From positions 5,515-69,514 of the forward strand of contig DAOUJX010000060.1 in the NCBI GenBank assembly GCA_034422075.1: DNA of 64,000 nucleotides. Direction: 5' to 3'. The notes beneath the pieces are model-generated. The model saw only the letters and a program-made list of their open reading frames with translations, did no database searches and was not told the DNA's origin. The translations under genes were made by a program, and so were the position numbers. Shown here piece after piece: positions 28,543-34,904 of this stretch; within the stretch, counting starts at the first letter, position 1, and every line of letters begins with the position of its first letter. This stretch comes from Dehalococcoidia bacterium (GTDB lineage Bacteria > Chloroflexota > Dehalococcoidia > Lucifugimonadales > Australimonadaceae).

Positions 28543-30109
28543 ATGGGCGCTAAAGAACGCCGTGCTTCTCGCGCGCGCGTGACGAGTCCGCGCCTGCGGC
28601 CCCCCCCCGAGTCCATACCTAGGGGGACATGCCCTCGTCTGCGCGGACAACCTCGACATACTCAAGGGACTGCCCCCCGAGTGCGTTGACCTCATCTACT
28701 TAGACCCCCCCTTTCAGAGCAATCAGTTCTATGTTGCCGCCTTCGGCGACAAGGGGATGGTGGCGCGGCAGTTGCGCGACATATGGCGCTGGACTGCAGG
28801 GACGCAGACAGCGTTCGACAGCCTGCCACACGGCCAGTTGCTTGACACTCTACAGGGTATTCGCTTGCAAGTAGGGGAGAAGTCGCCAATGGCCGCGTAT
28901 GCGGTGTTCATGGGGCGGCGGCTTGCTGAGATGAGAAGGGTGCTCAAGCCGACGGGGAGCATCTATCTACATTGCGACTGGCACGCGAACGCCTACCTAC
29001 GGCTGCTCATGGATGCAGTGTTTGGGGCAGGCAACTTCAGGAATGAGATCGCGTGGTGCTATGACACGGCTGGGCGGACGCAACGCTACTGGAACCGCAA
29101 GCACGATTCCATTTTCTTCTACTCAAAGATGCAAGGGTGGACGTTCAACCCATTACGCATCCCTCGGCGCAACCTAACGGAAGGTTGGGAATCGTGGTAT
29201 TCGCTTACTGATGAGGATGGGCGCCGGTATCAAATAGACGGCAAGGGGTACAAGTACTACGCAGATGAAGGGCGCTTGGCAAATGACTGGTGGGATGATC
29301 TTCCCGCCCTGCACGCCCATAGGGATGAAGAACGAATAGGCTACCCCACACAGAAGCCGGTTGCCCTGCTGGAGCGCATCATCAAGGCCAGCAGCAACGC
29401 AGGTGACCTAGTGCTCGACCCATTTTGTGGGTGCGGTTCTGCGGCGGATGCAGCATACGCCAATGGCAGGCGCTACCTCGGTATCGACATCAGCGGGATC
29501 GCGGTACGTGTTATGCAGCAGCGAATGGAGTCGCGCGGCGATTCCCCATCGGTCTATGGGCTGACGTGGGATGAGATGGAATGGGAGGAGTTCGAGTATC
29601 GAGCACTCGCGCAGCGCGACGACGTGGAGGACGGTATACCAGGCTGGGCATGGGCAGAGGACAGGGTAGCAGCGCTGCTAAACGCGGTGCCGAACGAACG
29701 CAAGGTGGGCGACGGCGGCGTGGACGCGCGCTACTACGGCGCGATGGACATCGAACAACAGCAGGGAATCGTGATTCCCATACAGGTGAAGATGCACCGC
29801 ACGGCCTCGGTTGGGCGCCCCGACATGGATCGGCTGTTGGGCACGCAGACTGCGATGCAGAACCGAGGCGTGCACGCGCCGATGTCCCTCATGGTGAGTC
29901 TCTACCCGCCGCCGGAGTCCCTGCGTGTGTTTGCGATGGAGCAGGGGCGGGTGGCGCTGACGACACACGAAGGTGGGCATGAGGAATACCCGCGTATGCA
30001 GGTATTGAGCGTGGAGGAGATGTTGAGGCACGGAGAACGTCCGAAGTTGCCACCAGTGGACCCTCGCTCACTCGTCGGCGATACACAAACCCGAACCTCA
30101 TTGGTCTAG
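28543..30109 (+). CDS. Beta-class N6A/N4C DNA methyltransferase fused to a C-terminal Mrr-type (PD-(D/E)xK) nuclease domain; frame broken at a C9 tract
   Basis: Motif IV DLIYLDPPF comes before motif I VLDPFCGCGSA. C-terminal GDGGVDARYYG...VIPIQVK matches the Mrr catalytic pattern. The ATG at 28543 (GGAGG upstream) is +1 out of frame with the body. One fewer C at 28600-28608 restores a single ORF. Confidence 0.8.
28600..28608. repeat. C9 homopolymer at the frameshift point of the methyltransferase-nuclease gene
   Basis: Nine consecutive C counted directly. Confidence 0.95.
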
Positions 30110-30289
30110 ATGCGCCGACGGCGTAAGAGCATCCTCACCTTGGCCACAGACAATTGAAGTCTTCCACCGGCTCGCATCGACGTTTTGTCCCTCTCGACAT
30201 CGGACAAAAGGGTGGACGCTCGACATCTGATTGACGCCCCACAAACCGTGATGAGACCATCCATGGCGAGGATACGTTTCCATCATTGT

Positions 30290-30318
30290 TTGTTATTGTT
30301 AGTCAGTTAGTGTAAAAT
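30290..30318 (+). promoter_or_regulatory. Sigma70-type promoter TTGTTA-N17-TAAAAT
   Basis: AT-rich island 43 nt upstream of the AAA+ ATPase ATG, with hexamers at canonical spacing. Confidence 0.5.
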
Positions 30319-30360
30319 CCATCACATGACCGATCGGGCGCACGAGAGAGGCAGAGCCAT

Positions 30361-31632
30361 ATGAGCAAGAGGCGCAGGGCGAGCAAGAGCAGCCGGGAAA
30401 AGTTGATTAACCGGGAAATCCAGCTAGGTGAGGTGTTTACGCCGGCGGCGCCCATTGACCAACTGAGCCTTTTCGCTGGGCGTATTTCACAGAGGCGCTC
30501 GGTCGTCGACGCGATCTTTCAGCGCGGCCGCCACGCAATATTGTTTGGGGAGCGTGGTGTTGGCAAGACTTCGCTCGCCAGCGTCTTGCGCGAGTACCTT
30601 GAGAGCCTCGGACAGATCATCGTTGCTCCTCGTGTGAACTGCGACGACGGCGATGACTACTCAACGATCTGGTTCAAGGCTTTCGGTGACCTGCAGGTCA
30701 TTGAGAGCCGTCGAGGTATGGGCTTTACACCGGAGGTGCAGGCGATCGTTCGCTCAGCGAGCGACTCAATCGGAAACCTAGAATCTGTCACCCCTCACTA
30801 CGTACGGCAGTTACTAGAACAGCTCGGCGAGCAAACGATTCTAATTGTGATTGTCGACGAATTCGACCGTGTGGCCAGCCGGGTAGGGACGCAATTCGCT
30901 GACACCATCAAGATGCTCTCCGATCAGTCAGTGCCCGTGACACTGGTGCTCGTCGGGGTCGGCGAGACAGTCAGCTCGCTCATCAGCGAGCACGCTTCGA
31001 TTGAGCGCGCACTCGCTCAGGTGCGCCTACCCCGTATGTCTACATCCGAACTGCAAGAAATCGTCGACGGCGGGCTCTCAGAAGTCGGGATGTCCGCCGA
31101 GACAGTCGCACGGGACCGGATCGCTGCACTGTCGCAGGGGCTCCCGCACTACACTCACCTCATAGCGCTTTATGCGGCTCGTGATGCGAACGATGCCGGA
31201 TTGGACGTGGTAGGGGTCGAGAACGTCGCCGCAGGAATCCGCGAGGCGGTAGAGAACGCTCAGGAAACGATTACAACGACGCACCATCGGGCCGTGATGA
31301 GCACTCGGTCTGACTCACTCTACCGCCACGTTGCGCTCGCCTGCGCGCTTACTGAGACCGATGAGCGGGGCTACTTCACAGCAGGCGCGGTGCGGGAGCC
31401 GATGGCGGCAATTATGGGCAAGCCGTACGCGATTCCCGCGTTCGCAAAACACATGAACGAATTCTGCGGTGACCTGCGCGGCCCTATCCTTGAGAAGTTC
31501 GGAACGCAGCGGAACTACCGGTTCAGATTCCATAACCCCCTGCACCCACCCTACATAATCATGAGCGGAATCGCCCAGGGGCTGATCGCTGAGGACACGG
31601 CAGTTAGCATCCAGAACGGCGCGAGTGGCTAG
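30361..31632 (+). CDS. AAA+ ATPase, ORC/Cdc6-like (archaeal-ATPase type) with C-terminal winged-helix-like region
   Basis: Walker A GERGVGKTS, Walker B ILIVIVDEFDRV, a sensor-like region, and a basic N-terminus (KRRRASKSSREK). Confidence 0.8.
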   Translation: MSKRRRASKSSREKLINREIQLGEVFTPAAPIDQLSLFAGRISQRRSVVDAIFQRGRHAILFGERGVGKTSLASVLREYLESLGQIIVAPRVNCDDGDDYSTIWFKAFGDLQVIESRRGMGFTPEVQAIVRSASDSIGNLESVTPHYVRQLLEQLGEQTILIVIVDEFDRVASRVGTQFADTIKMLSDQSVPVTLVLVGVGETVSSLISEHASIERALAQVRLPRMSTSELQEIVDGGLSEVGMSAETVARDRIAALSQGLPHYTHLIALYAARDANDAGLDVVGVENVAAGIREAVENAQETITTTHHRAVMSTRSDSLYRHVALACALTETDERGYFTAGAVREPMAAIMGKPYAIPAFAKHMNEFCGDLRGPILEKFGTQRNYRFRFHNPLHPPYIIMSGIAQGLIAEDTAVSIQNGASG

Positions 31633-31689
31633 GGAAATCCCGCGGTTATCGCGCGCGCGAGTCTTGAGGCACCTAGGGGGAGTCCCAAT

Positions 31690-31749
31690 TTTCAGAACCG
31701 CACGCTCTTCCACGGTGACAACCTAGCCATTCTGCGTGGGATGAACTCC
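31690..31749 (+). pseudogene. Remnant of a second DNA methyltransferase N-terminus (FQNRTLFHGDNLAILRGMNS)
   Basis: Paralogous at the protein level to ALVCADNLDILKGLP of the intact gene. No start codon and no DPPF follow. Runs into the 3' end of the Fic gene. Confidence 0.45.
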
Positions 31750-31794
31750 GCGTGGGAAGACCCGGGCACCGCATCGGGCGATTATTGGCAGGCC

Positions 31795-32400
31795 CTAGGG
31801 CTCACCAATTTGTTGGCGAACCAGTTCCCCGATGAGCGACATGAGTGGGATGAGGTCGCCGCGATCCGCCCACTCTAATGCTTGCACGTAACGCGAATGG
31901 TGCGCACCTTCGAGTAACTCAGGCAAGAGTGGGCGGCCTGGTAGCAATCCCCCGACCTTAAGGCAGAGAGTAAGGTAGCACACAGCCCGTGCAGTGCGCC
32001 CATTGCCGTTCACGAAGGGGTGGACAGAGTTGATGCGCCACAGCGCGTAAGCCGCCAACCGCAACTCCGACCAATCCGCCCAAGCATCATTCACTTGGCG
32101 GACGAATTGGCTCATCAGGTCAGGTACGCATGTGTGGTCGGGCGGGCGATAGCGTACCACCCCCTGATCATCCATCACCGTAACGTTCGTTGTGCGGTAT
32201 TGGCCTGCCGTCGAGTGGAGCAAGACGACAGCCTGATAGTTTATTGCCTTGATACGCCAGTCGCTCAACTGGGGCGACTGCGTTTGCAGAGCAACCTTGA
32301 TGAGGGTCTGAAGGAAGTGGTAGTAGCGCTCAGAGTTTTCAGCTTCGACGGCTCGATAGAGTGGGTTCTCTTCGCCGCCCTTGAGCTGGGCGAGGTTCAA
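31795..32400 (-). CDS. Fic-domain protein (putative AMPylase/toxin)
   Basis: Fic motif HPFVNGNGRTAR (31987-32022). 201 aa. Last gene of a four-gene operon. Confidence 0.9.
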   Translation of the reverse strand: MNLAQLKGGEENPLYRAVEAENSERYYHFLQTLIKVALQTQSPQLSDWRIKAINYQAVVLLHSTAGQYRTTNVTVMDDQGVVRYRPPDHTCVPDLMSQFVRQVNDAWADWSELRLAAYALWRINSVHPFVNGNGRTARAVCYLTLCLKVGGLLPGRPLLPELLEGAHHSRYVQALEWADRGDLIPLMSLIGELVRQQIGEP

Positions 32401-32405
32401 GACAC

Positions 32406-32618
32406 TTACTCTGTGATCGGCCCGTAGCGGTCATCGAGCATCTGCATGACCTCCTCGCGAGACATCGTGCTCCTTCTGCCACTGAAGCCCATGACTGCGG
32501 AGACGAGTTGCTCCCGCTTCTCTTTCGGAGTCATCAGAGGGTAGCGTTTCGTGGCCTCTGCTAGCAGATCACTGGTTTCTTTGAACCACGCTTCGTCCTT
32601 CCCGAATTTTGCTGCCAT
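32406..32618 (-). CDS. 70-aa helical protein, candidate Fic partner/antitoxin
   Basis: Stop lies 5 nt before the Fic start. Charged and helical. No canonical (S/T)xxxE(G/N) motif; the closest is TMSREE. Confidence 0.45.
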   Translation of the reverse strand: MAAKFGKDEAWFKETSDLLAEATKRYPLMTPKEKREQLVSAVMGFSGRRSTMSREEVMQMLDDRYGPITE

Positions 32619-32650
32619 CGCTACTCTCCTTTGCAGTTACGGTAAGGGCA

Positions 32651-32920
32651 TCAGCGGCTGACGGCGAGGCGCCTGAGATGTACTTGCCCTTCATCGTCAT
32701 CTATATCGAAGTAGAGGCGGAGGGGCAGTTGCGCCCCCCTGATGTGTATCACATGAAACCGAGTCCCAGGGACCATCGGGGCCAAGTGGGGAGTAAGAGC
32801 AAGGTCGCGGTAGTACCCTGCGAGAATCTCATCCCAACGCATGAAGGAGCCGACAATGCTCTCAACTTGGGCTTGGAACTGTGCCGACTCGACCATTGTG
32901 TAGGAGGGCCTACCGTCCAA
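32651..32920 (-). CDS. Small RelE/ParE-like toxin candidate (81-89 aa)
   Basis: C-terminal pattern LRLYFDIDDDEGQVHLRRL resembles the RelE/ParE fold. Overlaps the stop of the upstream DUF4065 gene. Start is the TTG at 32920 or the ATG at 32896. Confidence 0.4.
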   Translation of the reverse strand: MDGRPSYTMVESAQFQAQVESIVGSFMRWDEILAGYYRDLALTPHLAPMVPGTRFHVIHIRGAQLPLRLYFDIDDDEGQVHLRRLAVSR

Positions 32921-33473
32921 GACCGAGTTCTTCAGTGAGCGCTAGGCTATGCTCAATGTCTTCCTCGTCAATATACTCCAATGAAAGCCATGCGGACGAA
33001 TAGGGGATGTCCTCCATTGGCTTTGCGGCCAGCCAGCCCCATTCTAGATGAGACAGCTCCGACGCCTCTCTTGCCGTCATGTGCCAAAGCTCTCCAATGA
33101 CCTCATCGAGGATTTCCACTTCCTCTGGACGTAGGATGCCTTCCGTCGGTTCGTCCAAGGCGACGATGCGGTGTTGGACGCCAGTAAAATAAGGGCGAGG
33201 CTCAATGCGGATGGCCTCCTTGCGTATCAGCCTTCGCCTTGCCTCAAGCATTTGCTTCGGCGCAGGGCCTTGATCTAACCGATAGTACGTCGCTCCGGTG
33301 ATAGGCTCACCCAGCCTCCGGTATGCCTCAAAGTCGGCGAAGTAGAGGATCTTATTGAGCTTGACGGCTCCGAAGCGCTCATCCCCCTCGCTGTGCTTGG
33401 CGATATAGATGATGGCCTCATCGAATTTGCGTTCGTCGAATGTTTCTATGTAGGGGCGGCCCACTTCCGCCAT
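32910..33473 (-). CDS. Panacea/DUF4065 (SocA/GepA-like) antitoxin-domain protein
   Basis: Core pattern AVKLNKILYFADFEAYRRLGEPITGATYYRLDQGPAP. 187 aa. SD CAGGAGG upstream. Confidence 0.75.
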   Translation of the reverse strand: MAEVGRPYIETFDERKFDEAIIYIAKHSEGDERFGAVKLNKILYFADFEAYRRLGEPITGATYYRLDQGPAPKQMLEARRRLIRKEAIRIEPRPYFTGVQHRIVALDEPTEGILRPEEVEILDEVIGELWHMTAREASELSHLEWGWLAAKPMEDIPYSSAWLSLEYIDEEDIEHSLALTEELGLGR

Positions 33474-33532
33474 GACGCCTCCTGACTAGTTTGAGCCTCG
33501 ACTAATCCTAGCCTCCTTGAGGCTGACAGGCC

Positions 33533-33561
33533 CATATAATACAAATATACACAATTGTCAA
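33533..33561 (-). promoter_or_regulatory. Sigma70-type promoter TTGACA-N17-TATATG for the DUF4065...Fic operon
   Basis: Read on the minus strand in an AT-rich island 60-88 nt upstream of the ATG at 33473. Confidence 0.55.
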
Positions 33562-33644
33562 CACCACCCTCAACCTCTTAGTGTCACGAGATCTTATCCT
33601 GCGGCGGGCTGACTGCCCTCCAGCCCCATCGCTAGACTGGATGG

Positions 33645-33661
33645 GGTTCTTGTGCAAAGCC
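33645..33661. repeat. Internal copy of the right terminal repeat (GGTTCTTGTGCAAAGCC, 15/17 identical)
   Basis: Same orientation as the IR-R at 34750-34766. Confidence 0.6.
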
Positions 33662-34109
33662 AAGGCACCCCAGGAGTCTCGGTTGGTTGAGGAATGCCTC
33701 GCGGTGCTCCTCGTAGATCTGCTCTTTGTCCATGCCCTCGTATACAGAGCCTGAATCCATGTGGCGCGACCTTCTCCCTAGTCCTCGCCCTCGTCCTTGT
33801 CGTTGTCTTGTGCTTGCCGTTCCCTGTACAGCATGTCTAGGGGCAGCGACCGCCAAGGGCAGTCGGGCTCGACACAGAGCGTGTCCGCCCTAGCGGTCTC
33901 GATCCCGCACGTGCATATGCCCATGGGGCCTCCCAGGGAAGATCCCGGCCGTCATGGCCAAGAACCGCCGACCACTTGCGGCCTGTAGTAAAATACGCTC
34001 ACGCGGCATACAGCAAAACAGGGGCATTAGGCGTGCCCCTGGATGCTCAGCGTAGGCTGGAATGCACTAACGTCGTAAAGCGCATTCTACTTCCTGCTCA
34101 AAGGATGTC

Positions 34110-34146
34110 AAGCCCGCGCGGAGACAACTCGCGCGGGCTTTTGCTT
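34110..34146 (+). terminator. Intrinsic-terminator-like hairpin (AAGCCCGCGCG-9nt-CGCGCGGGCTT + TTGCTT)
   Basis: 11-bp GC-rich stem followed by a T-rich tail on the plus strand only. No annotated plus-strand CDS lies upstream. Confidence 0.5.
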
Positions 34147-34349
34147 GGCCCTCGCGGAGAAAGGAAGTGCGCCTATGCCTACCCGAAAAATAGGCATCCG
34201 CCGGACAGTGCGCGTGGGAACACGCGTAACGGTCAAACGGAAGGTAACCGTTAGAACCACCCGGCGACGATAGCCCAAGGACAGGCACCCTGATCTTTGG
34301 TCAGGGTGCCCATCCTACACACCTCACACCACTAGGTAGGAGGAAAGGC

Positions 34350-34688
34350 GTGGCTAGGAATGTCGTCAGGTCAGGGCTGCACCACAGAAAAAGCAGGAGG
34401 AGCCTGGTGTCCCAAGATGAGGTGCTGATATGTGTCGAATGTAGAGTCGAAGCCCAAGTTGAAGGTGTCGACGGTCAGATTGACCGAATAACCTGTCCAT
34501 CGTGTGCCGTGTCGGTCGAAGGCGATAGCGGTCTCGAGATGGCACTCAAACAATTGAGCCATGACACTATCCGTGAATTCCAGGAGCGCCTCAAGCGCAC
34601 ATTTGGAAAAGGCGGCCCGGTCAGCTATAGCCCCGGCCGCCTCAATAACCCTAGAAGCCCATTCATCGTCGGTATACCTGACTCGTAG
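34350..34688 (+). CDS. Small zinc-ribbon protein (CxxC...CxxC), hypothetical
   Basis: CVEC and CPSC pairs. GTG start with AGGAGG 9 nt upstream. Confidence 0.5.
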   Translation: MARNVVRSGLHHRKSRRSLVSQDEVLICVECRVEAQVEGVDGQIDRITCPSCAVSVEGDSGLEMALKQLSHDTIREFQERLKRTFGKGGPVSYSPGRLNNPRSPFIVGIPDS

Positions 34689-34711
34689 GGGCTAGTCTTC
34701 TCTGGGAACGG

Positions 34712-34743
34712 GGTTGATGTGCAAAGAGCCGAGTTTTTGTGCA
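34712..34743. repeat. Subterminal repeat boxes (GGTTGATGTGCAAAGAGCC + CGAGTTTTTGTGCA)
   Basis: The first box resembles the IR. The 14-mer CGAGTTTTTGTGCA also occurs at 26778-26791 in the same orientation. Confidence 0.55.
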
Positions 34744-34749
34744 GGAGGC

Positions 34750-34766
34750 GGTTTCTGTGCAAAGCC
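34750..34766. repeat. Terminal inverted repeat, right (GGTTTCTGTGCAAAGCC)
   Basis: Exact reverse complement of 26749-26765. Confidence 0.9.
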
Positions 34767-34776
34767 CACCCTAACT
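34767..34776. repeat. Target-site duplication, right copy (CACCCTAACT)
   Basis: Identical to 26739-26748. Confidence 0.85.
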
Positions 34777-34904
34777 ACAACATGTTGTGGATTCGTTTCG
34801 TACAGACCCCAATTTGTGCTAACGAGGCTTCCATTGCCACACTTGACGTTTTTTTGCGCAGAGTGTTAGCGTGGCTCAATACACCTTGATGCGGAGGGGG
34901 CGCC

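Larger units (their letters stand above)
26749..34766. mobile_element. 8,018-bp cargo (unit) transposon with IS4/IS5-superfamily DDE transposase
   Basis: Perfect 17-bp TIRs (GGCTTTGCACAGAAACC and its reverse complement), a 10-bp TSD, a transposase gene at the left end, visibly lower GC, and AT-rich consensus promoters inside. Confidence 0.85.

Noticed and set aside
33632-33856. 74-aa minus-strand ORF (or a 42-aa version from the ATG at 33760) ending inside the internal IR copy.
   Set aside because: No SD, no recognisable motif, and an Arg/Gly-rich N-terminus. It is more likely noncoding, so it was not listed as a feature.
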